Assembly: GCF_030144855.1 (NCBI RefSeq)
Contig: NC_082731.1
Span: 21,886,001-21,950,000, forward strand
Reading direction: 5' to 3'
Source: Hypanus sabinus
Taxonomy: Eukaryota
DNA length: 64,000 nt
Below the pieces are notes generated by a model. It worked only from the letters and a program-made list of their open reading frames with translations, did no database searches and had not been told where the DNA came from. Shown one piece after another: positions 50,804 to 62,076 of the stretch. A program made the translations under genes and the position numbers. Position 1 is the stretch's first letter. Every line of letters starts with the position of its first letter.

Positions 50804-51422
50804 CTCGCAGAGAATTGTGCGGATACCAGGAAAGGAGATAGGGTCAACTGGGATTCAATTATCACAAAAGGAAAATAAAAGATGTGAAAACAAATATCTA
50901 TCCAACATCTGCTATTCACGTGTGTGGTTATCCATTACACTACAGTGGAAAAAGACATGATGTTTCAAAGTGAGAAGCAGCAATCTGCTCAGCCTTAATC
51001 GCTTTCTAACCTTCCCTCAAACATTTTAATGTAAGTTACAGAAGAACTGGAGCCGCACACCTTTTCGGCTCCTTTGACTGTTTCATTGTTATTGGCAAAA
51101 TCGCATTGCGTTTATTGACTGATACCTCAAGCTGCATAGACGAGAGCTGCAACGATCGAACGCTAAAACACTTACCGAACAAGAATACTCCTGCAGTAAG
51201 AAACAAACATACAAATCGAAACAGCATATCTGCCATCCACTGACTGTGCATTTCAACCGAACCAATCTTATTGGCAAATAAGTTGTCTAACGTCTTTCTT
51301 CCCGGCTCGTTATATTATTTGTGACATACACTAAGCGCAAATCTCTTTTCCTCTCGAACAACCACAATCAGCTCGGTTCCTTAAGCCGTCCAGTTCCTCA
51401 TTTCTTCTTTCTTCCTCCGCAC

Positions 51423-51530
51423 AACCAATCAATTCAATCGTGGCATATAAGATGAAACCTGACGTATTTTACTTCTTCCGTACAGTAGTTCGAACTGCAT
51501 ACAAGAATGGAAGAATCGGAAGTGTCATCG
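51423..51530. promoter_or_regulatory. Conserved cassette block (copy 2)
   Basis: AACCAATCA at 51423-51431, TGACGTA at 51460-51466 and CGGAAGTG at 51517-51524. Confidence 0.35.
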
Positions 51531-52088
51531 TAGAGTCACATTAAATAAAAACAAGCATTTGGTATGCTCCCTTCGATTACAGTCGAAAAACAGAAGGGAC
51601 TTTCACTAATTGAGGTACAGAAAAATTACTAGCTGTTTAAGTAGAAGTAAAGCACATATGCAAGCACGATAATTATCAAGCCTCAATTGCCATCGACTCA
51701 GTAGGCATTTCGTAAAGAAATCCGAATTTGCGCCGAACCTCATCTCACCCAACATTATTTTCCTGTGTTGTCGATACACCCACTCCCTTCGCCAATTTGT
51801 GCACCGGAAATACAATAAGTCAACGGGTTTTTATCACCCTTTTTGTCTGCAAGTTAGAAAAATAAGCCTCTTCTTTTATATTATAGAAACACTTATCAAT
51901 CATTTCTCCTTTGAGCATGCATTTTCTCAACTTAAGGCTATCCCCCGTTGTTTTGAGACAAGGATGGAAAACTTCATTTACTGGACTAGATATGTCCAGG
52001 CCCATCACTTCGACCCTCTGCAACGTTGTCCCATGCTTGCCTCAATTGGCATACCAGATTCGCAAACAAAATTGTGTCGAACACTAAA

Positions 52089-53690
52089 TAACATAAGAGC
52101 ATAAGACCGAAATATATAGGAGCAGGAGGAGTTCATTCGGCCTATATTGTCTGCATGGGCTCTCAGTCCTGGCTGATCAAATTCTTCCAAGTCATCCCAA
52201 CTCTCGAGCATTCTCTGCATAGTCTTGAAATATTCTGGCTAATCAGGAAACTCTTTCTCTCTGTCTCAAATGCACCCAATGACTTATCTTAAATAGCTGC
52301 CCGTGGCAAAAAAAAAAAGAAAAAAAGAAAACAAACAAACAAGCCACAGATTTGTCAGTCTCTGACTAAAGTGTTTTCCGCTCATCTCCGTTCTAACTGG
52401 ACGTGCTTCGATCCTGCCCTGTTTTCCAAGTCGTGCCCTATTGTCCAAGACTTCCCAACAATGAGAAATAACTTTGCCATATCTAATCTGTTTGGTGCTT
52501 TCAACATTCGGAATTTTTCTAAAGGATCCCCTAAAATTCTCCTGAATTCAAGGAAATAGATCCCCGAGAGCTGCTAGACCTTCCACTTACGGTAACCCTT
52601 TAACTCCTAGAATTATTCTCGTGAATCTTCTCTGAACCATCTCCAAGGTCAGTATATGCTTTCAAACATAAGAAGGAGCCTAAATCTGCAGACGTTATTC
52701 CAAGTGAGTGCCTTAAAGAACCTCAACATCACATCCCTGCTCTTATAATCTATACCTCAAGAAATGAATGTCAAAATTGCTTTTGCCTTCTTCACCACCG
52801 ACTCAACCTAAAGGATAACCTTTAGGGTATACTGCACAAGAATTATCAAGTCCTGTGGTATCACTGCGTTTTGAATTCTACCTCCATCAGAATAATAGAC
52901 TGCCCGTAATTTTCTACAACCGAAGTGCATGACCATGCACTTTCCAACATTGTATAACATTTTTCACTTCTTTGCCATTGCCCCTACATTATTTCACTCT
53001 CACTGCAGACATTGTTACCGGCTTCTCCACGTGTCTTCGGATCATCGGCAAACTTCGCCAGAAATCCATTAACCCCATAGTTGAAATCAATGATATATCG
53101 CAGAAAAGCAGTGGCCCAGCAGCGACCCCTGGGGAACTACTGTGGTAATCGCAGCCAGCCAGAAAAGATCCCTTTTATCCCATTACCTAATTTCTGCAGA
53201 TCAACAAATGCTCCATCCATGCCAGAAACGTCCCTGTAATTCCATGGCTCATAACCTTACCAAGCAGCCTCCTATGAGCACCTTGGAAGAGACCTTCTGA
53301 AAATCCAAAAAACGCCGCAGGCACTGCATCTCAGTTTTTCTACCCTGTTTATAATTTTAACAAAAGAATGCAGCAGTTTACTTAGGCAGGATTTCCCTGT
53401 CAGAAAACCATGCTAGTATTGGCATACCTTATCATGTGCCTCCATGTACTCAGTTATCGGATAACTAACTATCGACTACAACAACTTTCCAACGAGGCTA
53501 GCTGGTCTATCGTTTCCTTTCTGCTGTTTCCTCCCCTTCTTAAATAGCAGAGTAACATTTGTCATTTTCCAGTCATCCTATACTTGCCAGAATCTATTGA
53601 TAATTGATAAATCGTTGGTCTGACTTCGCTAACGCTCCAGCTACGGAATCTGTCCCGAATGCCCTGTCAGCCCTTAAGTTTAAAAGTTGT
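52089..53690 (-). mobile_element. Decayed 5'-truncated CR1 LINE (RT and 3' end)
   Basis: The tail aacataagagcataag...ataggagcagg is on the plus strand at about 52089-52135. The minus strand has decayed RT motifs (SGVPQGS-like near 53120-53140, FADD-like near 53040, DF.KAF-like near 53295). Confidence 0.85.
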
Positions 53691-55007
53691 AGATACTGCT
53701 GTAGCAGATAATCAGGCAATAAATAATTACAATATATGTAACTACCGACGGGCAAAAGAAGTAAACAACACGGGCAATTATGGGGGTGAATACAAGTTAT
53801 TATTAAAGTGAGTCTGTCAGTTATACAATCAGTTTTGGAATGAGGTGAATAAACTTCTGCACACTCGCTCAGGAGACACATTGTTACAGAGTAATAACCT
53901 TTCATTTATTCGCTGGTGTGGGACCAATGACTCCACTGTGACATAATCGATAACCCTGCATGCACCGTCTATCCAGGACTGCGCTTTCTTCTTGCATGTC
54001 CATGTAAACAGAGTTGGAGTAAAATGTTATCTGTCGTTGCGTCGCACAACTTTCCCCCGCATTTATTTCTACGAAGTACACTATTCGAAGGAACAAAGTG
54101 CTGTCTCGATTTAATTAGAAACCTTGGATCAATTTTCTGGTTATATTGTTGAGTTTCTTGTTCAAGGAGTCATCTATCTTCACTCTGTACAGTTCTTCGT
54201 GGAATTCCCCAAGGTCAATGACCACATATCGCAGGACAGGCCTTCATATACGGACAGACCATATATTCCACCTTCCACGCAATATCCGCCCATGTTATCG
54301 TCGTACAATTAGCAATGGATTTGAAGTGTTTATATTATTTCAATATTGGCTAGTCGTGATATTCATTAACATTATAGAAGCATAAATCTTACTTTCATTA
54401 AACTGGGGACACCTCTTTTTAGCTGTGTTCAGTCAATTCTCCAGGTACTCATCACTCATCCTCCATGTAACAAAACATTTTTTTTATATATTCCTGTTCT
54501 GAAACATGTTGTGCTGTGGTGTTCATTTTACAACATTTCTTATTACGTTGTGTCCGGTCACACTTGGGTTGCAGGTCGCTCAGCTGGTGTTTGTTATACA
54601 TCTGCCCTATTGTGTTTAAAACGTCTGTTCATTTCTCCGAAGAACCCTTTACCAATACAAATCGCATGTCGTGGCACTCAAAATAATTGTGCTCCATAAG
54701 CATGCGCTGCAGTTGGGCAGCTTTTAGCAAAAAATATGCTGCGCCTTCAAACGAATTCATCGTCTTATTGCTCAGTATATTGAACTGCGATTTAATATCC
54801 ATATTCCTCCGTTACCAGTGTACTCAGATACTTGCCACTGCTGAGATCGGACTCAATGTCCTGCAAGATTAGCTTATTGTGGCCCAATGTAACGCCTTTG
54901 CAGATCGATTGGAACAAAGGAAAAGATAGCGAGTAGCAAAAAATGGTGTAAACAGTAAGATTTTTTGGCTGAAACAAAAGCTTAAACAGGGGGCATTTCC
55001 ACACAAT

Positions 55008-55315
55008 AGCATATACGGGACAACGTGTGGCCCTCCCACAGAAAATGATAATGCAGTGCTAACCTGTGGGGAAGTGCATCAATCTGATTTTCGAAAACTG
55101 CCGCCGTTGAGACAAGTTAATTTAGAAGCTGCTACGGTTTTCCCATCTGCTGTTCATTTTCAAATATCTTGAGTATATAAATCGGCATATGGAAGGCTCA
55201 TAATCTATTCTTCCTTTGTTGAAGGCAAACATACCGATATTTCAAAGTGAACTGAACATTTGGGAAGCAATTCTCGCATTTTCATAGTTTTTGTGTTTTT
55301 TGTATGTCCAGCTAC
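55008..55315 (+). pseudogene. Decayed plus-strand V relic (cassette copy 3)
   Basis: Homologous by eye to 46830-47150: GQRVALPQKM...PVGKCINL and QSELNIWEAIL.FS*FLC. Confidence 0.42.
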
Positions 55316-57463
55316 TGATCAGGAGCTGGTGAGTTTTTATCACCCTACATCACAGAATTTCAAGTTCTGAATGCTGATGTGTGGTGGGTAATTCTGTTAT
55401 ACACTCCTGTGAATGGCAATTAACCTGATGGCTCAGATATCTATGAAGACTCCTTCCGATATCAAAAAACCTTCCACCATTTCGATCTCTTTGACGATTC
55501 AAAAACAAAAAAAAAAAAACACGGTAGGTTGAAAATTATCTGTCCTCCGTGCTTTTTCATTCAATATTTTGGGAGATCACTGGGGATAGTCTATCTCAGG
55601 AAACATCATCCGAAATGTAGCAGTCTTAAGGGACATGAGCCCTGGTGGAGCGACTGTTTTGAGTGTTTGAATTTCCCTGTAAACAGTTTAAATACTTGGA
55701 ATTTTCAGACTCATAAAACGTATTTCCCTTTTGACAGAATGTTGATGTTGGTCGTATGTTGAGTCCTGCGACCAATTGCGCGGTAGAAGGCAGATGTGAG
55801 CAGGAATAGCATCTTGGGATAACTGAGACTGCATCAAATTGTGTATTGAGGCTGGGAACGTGTTAGAGGTTGAACGATGTAATAGAATAGACCAGCTTGC
55901 TCTTGTTGATTTCTTTTTTTTTCGTTTAATTTTACTTGTGTTTAGTTTAGGTTATTATATTTTTTCATTTTTTTCATTTGTATTTTTTTCATCTTTATTT
56001 TTTATTGCTATGCTGATTATATCCAGGGTTTGGAAGGTCTACTATATGCTGTCTGTTACCTATAGTTTTTACTCATGTGTTAACTGCCAACAATGTAATC
56101 TCACTCCCTTTGTACTATTATGACTGTTATGTGTCTGTTAACGAAAAAAAATCAATAAAATGATTGAAAAACAAAGAAAGAAGCTGAATGAAACTAAAGG
56201 TGCATGAAGTTCCTCGCCCGATCAACGGTATGCATAGACAGGTGTCATTGCTATGTGGTGCCGTACATCTGCCGCCCCAGTGCATTGAATAAATATCTTG
56301 TCTATGCTGATCGGTAATAGGGCTGTTATGTAGTACAGATGTGTTGAATGATAATCTTTCTCAGCATGGTACGGTCAGAGCGGCTCGCGAACTGATGCCG
56401 TGCATTACATGCTCAGAAAGGAAGTAGACACTTGAACCGTTACTACTTAAGATTGCACCACCTAGATTACTGATGGGTTAGTGAACATTACACAACTGAA
56501 TTGGACATACATGAGAGTCTATGTAAAAGATTAAGCCGGAGACGCGTTCATTGAGTGTTACATTTCAAGTTGCGGATTTCGGCCTTATGGGTCAGAGGGA
56601 TGATCGTGGACTACTGTAATATACTGGAAGACGAGTATTCGGTTTATAGTACTGGATATTTTACTCTTGTCTTTCATGTAAAATTTAGTCCTGAGTTCAT
56701 GAGAGTCAAAATATTTTGACGGTTGCATTATCTCGTCCGTAACTTTCGAGGTGTGGATGGCCCTGTGGAGGTCTGCATTATTCTGAGATTGAAAAGCACT
56801 TATGTGAAGAACGGTTATTTAGAAGATACATTTTTTTTTTATTTGGTAGCTGCCTCGTGTCCAGTTTCAGATATCTTGGGAATGTAATACGGCCTGTGGA
56901 ATGGTCTACCACTGGTCTTACTATGGTATAAGACAATAATGCATATGATAATTAGTGAATTATACAGTGCGAGCTCTTACATCTGAGTATGCTTTTTAGA
57001 AATATTCGTATGTTTGTTGAACATTCGGCTATGTAGTGGTTGAATCTTGGGGAGCATGAATGCTTGGTCAAATATTTATTTGTAAATAAATTACCAAGAA
57101 ACATATTGGAACACAGTGTATCCTATTTCTCAATTAACAGACCAGTGACCCTGATTCAATATTACAAATACATCCAACTACTACAGTCGAGAAAAGCTCG
57201 TTTAGAAAATAGGTAAAACAAAAAAGCTTGAGTGTCCTTTCTTTAGCTGCTGTGAATAACTGTTTTGGAATTACTTTGCAAAATGCGCACGGCAGCAGAT
57301 TCAAAAGTAACCAGTTGAAACCATATAGATTGTTATACTGAAAGCTTAACAATAATAACCAAAATGTATAGGAAATGGTCTAGGAAAAATTGCCAAATGA
57401 GCGTAGATTCGCAGCGGCACAGAAAGTTGCACTTACAACAAATTGACTCTCGGAAGTTCATCT

Positions 57464-57502
57464 AGTTTTTATACCACCACTGATTAGGTCTATCCCTTTA
57501 AG
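57464..57502 (-). other. Inactivated 23-RSS
   Basis: CTTAAAG (CAC lost; 57502-57496), 23 bp, then ATAAAAACT (57472-57464). Confidence 0.7.
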
Positions 57503-57901
57503 GGTTTCATGGCATAGAAATATTTGGCTGCGACTGCTAGCGGTAATTCAGACACAATCAGTAGGAAGCATCCAACTGCGACGTGAACGTTGCCCTAGAA
57601 TTTCCTTATCGTCATATTTCGTCCGGAGCAATAAGGGTACCGGAGATCCACCGAAATACTGACGATACCAAAATAATGCAAAATTGCCAGTGCTTGTGGT
57701 AGTATAGTTACCGTTCAACAGAGCATCACTCAAATCAATCAGTGTCAACGTAGCAAGTGTCGGAAAACGGCATCGCCACGACCACGACATGAACGATTCC
57801 GAAATATATTTCACACCAAAAATACCTCGCTGCTGAGCCCCCTACTATATCATCTACTGTCCTGAATTGCGGGTGGGGAGACTTCAGATATAAATATCCA
57901 T
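57503..57901 (-). pseudogene. TCR alpha/delta-type V pseudogene, paralog of the 50.4-kb V
   Basis: Leader ATG GAT ATT TAT ATC TGA with donor GT changed to GA; acceptor AG changed to AT. C23 changed to G and C104 to Y, with a frameshift in FR1 and a deletion in FR3. ALFWYRQYFGGSP is retained. Confidence 0.9.
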
Positions 57902-58562
57902 AACGCAGAGATTTGTGTGGATATTACGTAGCGGGACATGTGGAATTGAATTCAATTATTAAAAGTAAAGGTAAGAAAAAAAAAAGTAAAACTTAACATT
58001 AAAAAAAATCGGTCCAACCTCCTTTATTAGCGTGTGCAGTTCTCCAGTACTTTGCAAATGAAAAAAAAAAGAATACATGATATTTCACCGTCAAAACCAG
58101 CAATGAAGTTAACCATACTCGCTGTTTAAACTCCCATGAAACATTATAATGTCGGTTAGAGAAGATCTTTGCCGCACACCTTTCGCCCTCCCCTGATTGT
58201 TTACCTGTTGTTGTCAATATTGGTTTTCGTGTATTGAGTGATACATTAAGCTGTTTTGCACAAGTAAAAACATCTATGTTTCAAGCGCCAAAAACTTACC
58301 GTTCAGGAATACTGCTGCAATTAGAAATAAATATAAAATATGAAATAACATGTCTGCTGTCGACTGACTTTGAATTTCAACCAAAATAATAATTTCGATA
58401 GGGAAGTGTTGAGTTGAAATTCGGAGGGATTGTGATGTCTCTTTTTACGCTTGTTATATTATTGACCACTAAATACTGAAGTCTTTGCTTCTCCAGTACC
58501 TCTTAAATCCATTCTTTGCCTTAATCTGTCCAGCTCCAAACGACTTCGTTGTTCCTCAGCAC

Positions 58563-58680
58563 AACCAATCAATTCATTGCTGGAAGATGAGACGTGACCT
58601 GACGTATATTACTTCTATCGTGTAAACCAAACTGCGTGTAAGGAACTCTGACAACGATGGAAGAACCGGAAATGACAAAG
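58563..58680. promoter_or_regulatory. Conserved cassette block (copy 3)
   Basis: AACCAATCA at 58563-58571, TGACGTA at 58600-58606, and CCGGAAATGAC near 58666. Confidence 0.33.
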
Positions 58681-59804
58681 TAGAATCCCCCAGAAAATGA
58701 TGTAGCTAGTATGTTCCAAAACTGTTCAGTCTGAAAATAGGACGTCTATTCTCTCAATGAGAAACCGAACATTTGCAATTAATTTAAGGAGAAATACAGC
58801 ACATACACTTCTCCAAATGTCCATTTCATTCCAAGTTGACGTCTACTTCCCGTTCATGCTACTCAATCAGCATAGCGGTAAAGCATCACTTGTCATTGTG
58901 TCAATTGGTAATTCTGCTAAGAAAACCGAATTTCCGCCGAACCCTTCTGTCCGAATGTCAGCTTTCTACTTTGTGGATAGACGCACTTTTCTTCGTCAGC
59001 TTATGCATCTGAAATTCCATGATTTCATGTGTTTACATCACCCTGTTTGACAGCAGGTTGCATATGTCAGCAATGTGCTTTTTTTTTAATCAGATAATTT
59101 CTCAGTTTCTTATGCATTCCTACATCTTAAACCTACTTTCTTTGCGGTTTATGACAAAGATGGTATAAAGTATTTATGGACTATGTACACTATCGCCTAA
59201 ATTGACATACAGGTGCCGAAAATAAATTATTTCTGAAATTAAATTATTACAATATACGTCAGTTTATATTGCCACAAAACTAAAATGAAAAAAAAATGCC
59301 TTTGCCATGGAGCTGCACATAAGGCAGCAAAAGAAAGAAGAATCCAGGAAATTCAAGTGAGGATATAAACATGGCTAGACGTGCTGAATGGCAGGAGTAA
59401 AAAGGTGGATTACAAGTGAGTTTTTCTGCATGGCTGCATAGGAATACCGGTGATTCATAAGCGTCGGTGTTGGGACTGATGCATTATTTGTTTACCACGT
59501 TGTATAGCAATGAGCCGGATAACGGAATTTTAGGACTACACAAAGACTGATGGAAAGACAGTTCATGCTCTGGATGCAGGAACCTGCCGAAAAAGTAAAA
59601 CAAATTAGGAGTATAGACAGTGGAATATATATAAAAACACAGTTTATGTGGGTTTTCTTTCGTGCATATCTGGAGGTAGAGGAAGGGTGCAGAGTACTTT
59701 AATACTAGGGAGCAGACGAAGTCTTCGGAAGTGTCTTCATAAATATTATATTGAAGGTTGTATCTGTATATAAGGCAGGGAAATGCTATGTTCGTATTCC
59801 GCAG

Positions 59805-60070
59805 GAACACTGCGGAAGGTAGAACGCTTAGAATTTATGAGGTATTCGCAAAACTGCACTTAAGATACTGTGAGCAAGGTTACGCCTTTATCTAGGTAGG
59901 AATGCGCTGGAAAAAGTGAACGCCGGAGGTCCATCAATGGAATGTTCTCGGGAATGAATAGCTTAATATCAGAATCGCGTTTTAATGTTCTGGGCATATG
60001 ACGCAATAAATTCGAGATCGATCTCATTGAAACATTGATGTGAGGCGTTTGGCTGCTGCAGCAAGAGGTC
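59805..60070 (+). pseudogene. Possible V relic
   Basis: Acceptor ttccgcAG at 59803-59804; NCT*DTVS...LSR*(TAG at the W41 position)..AGK...SRFNV...RNKFE. About 200 nt separate the putative Cys positions. FR1 is short; no RSS. Confidence 0.25.
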
Positions 60071-60556
60071 AGCTCTACCAATTGTCTTCCGAGTTTCCAA
60101 CATGCCATTTGGCAAATACTAGACGAAATTTCAAACAGGATTTTATTTTTCATTCAACAGTAGTTTTCTCTTTGCCCTTGAAGGTGCGATTGGTGAAGAT
60201 CCCATTTCAGCCGCGTTAACTAGTAAGTCCTCCAGGATCATTATACATCTCGAAGTCCCCTGTGGAATTTAACCCCTTCATAACTTAGATTCTTCAGTAC
60301 GTCGTGTTGTTGGAAAATGTACAGCTGTGCCATATTCTTCCCGTTTCCTGATTATTGATTTAACGGTATTCTAAGGAATATCCAGTGCCTTGAAAAAATT
60401 TCTTGTATCCGTTTGCTGGCGTGCTTCACAATAACTTTTTGCCAGAGTGGCTTGGGGGTGTATTCTTGTGTTCGTTGTGTGCATTTTGCCAGGTACTCAT
60501 TCACTAGCAGTTGTCACTTGAAGTACATAATTATTTTTATTACTATCAATTGAATT

Positions 60557-62059
60557 ATAGAACCAGAGAACATAGAACGTTTCAGCAGAGGAAAAAGACC
60601 TTTTGGCCGTGCTTGGCTGTGCCGAACCATTTTCTGCCCAGTCCTACTGACCTGCACCTGAACAGTAATCCTGCATACTCCTCTCATCCTTGCACATTTC
60701 CAAGTTTCTTAAATGTTAAAAGTGAGCCCGCATTTACCATTTCATTGGACAGTTGATTCTAGACTCCCAGCACTCTCTGTGTGAAGAAGCCCCTCATCAA
60801 GTTTCCCTGTAAGCTTTTCCACCTTCACCCTTAACCCATGTCCTCTGCTTTTTTTTTTCACCCTAACCTCAGTGGATAAAGCCTGCTTACATTCACTCTA
60901 TTTATACCTATAATAATTTTATACACCTCCATCAAATCTCCCCTCATTTTTCGACGCTCCCGTCAATAAAGTCCTAAGCTATTCAAACCTTCTCCGTAAG
61001 TCAGTTTATCAGGTTTCGGCTACATTCTTTTAAACTTTTTCTGCACTCTTTCAAACTCATTAAAATCCTTTCTATAATTCGGTGACCAAGACTGTACACA
61101 ACACTCCAAATTCGTCCTCAACAATGCCTTATACTTCTTCAACATAACATTCCAACTCTTATATTCAATGCTTTGATTTATAAAGGCCAATGTACCAAAA
61201 TCACTCTTTAGTAACATATCTATATGTGACGCCACTTTTTATGCAATTTTGTATCTAAATTCCCATATCGCTCTGTTCTGCTGCACTCCTCAGTAACGTA
61301 CCATTTAGCTTGAATGTTCTACTCTGTTTTCTTTCCCCGTACAAAGTGCAATACCTCACACTTGTCTGAATTAAACTCAATCTGCCATTTTTCAGCTCAT
61401 TTTCCCAGCTGGTCCAAATCCCTCTGTAAACTTTGAAAACCTTCCTTACTGTTCATTACAACTGTAATCTATATATCATCAGCAAATTTGCTGATCCAAT
61501 CTACAACTTTTTCATCCAGATCATTGATATAGATGACAATAAACAATGCACACAACACTGATCCCTGAGGCACACCACTATTCACGGGCCTGCACTCAGA
61601 AAAACAAACCTCCACTACCACTCTCTGACTTCTCCCACTGAGTCTACATCGAATACAATTTACCACCTCACCATGTATAGCCAGTGTTTGAACATTCCTG
61701 ACTAAACTCCCATGTGCGGTACTGCCAAAGGCCTTACTGAAGTCCATGTAGACAACATCCATTGCCTTCCCTTCATCCATATCCAATATAACCTCCTCCA
61801 AAAACTCTAATGGATTTGTTAATCATGACCTGCCACACACAAAGCCGTGTTCACTCTCTCTAATAAGCCCCTGTCTATATAAATATCTGCAGATCCTATA
61901 TCTTAGTACTCCTTCCAATAATTTACATACAACCGAAGTGAAATTTATCGGCTTATAATTTCCAGGATTACTTTTAGAGCCTTCTTAAAACAAAGGAACA
62001 ACATGAGCTAACCTCAAATCCTCCGGCACCTCACCCGTAGGTTACGACATTTTTAAAAT
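60557..62059 (-). mobile_element. Decayed CR1 3' portion (RT to tail)
   Basis: ATGEVPED-like start near 62020-62040; DVVYMDFSKAF...SGVPQGSVL...ISKFADD (61469-61801); YKALLRTNLECCVQSWSP (61020-61235); tail near 60557. Confidence 0.9.
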
Positions 62060-62076
62060 TCGATTTTTAAAATCGA

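Larger units (their letters stand above)
36900..59100. repeat. Tandem 6.5-7.1-kb V-containing segmental cassette, about 4 units
   Basis: V ends at 36949, 43872, 50370 and 57503 (steps 6923, 6498, 7133). The shared non-coding block at 44914, 51423 and 58563 has steps 6509 and 7140. Further shared blocks occur near 42180/46530/54710 and 41745/45840/53805. Confidence 0.8.
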
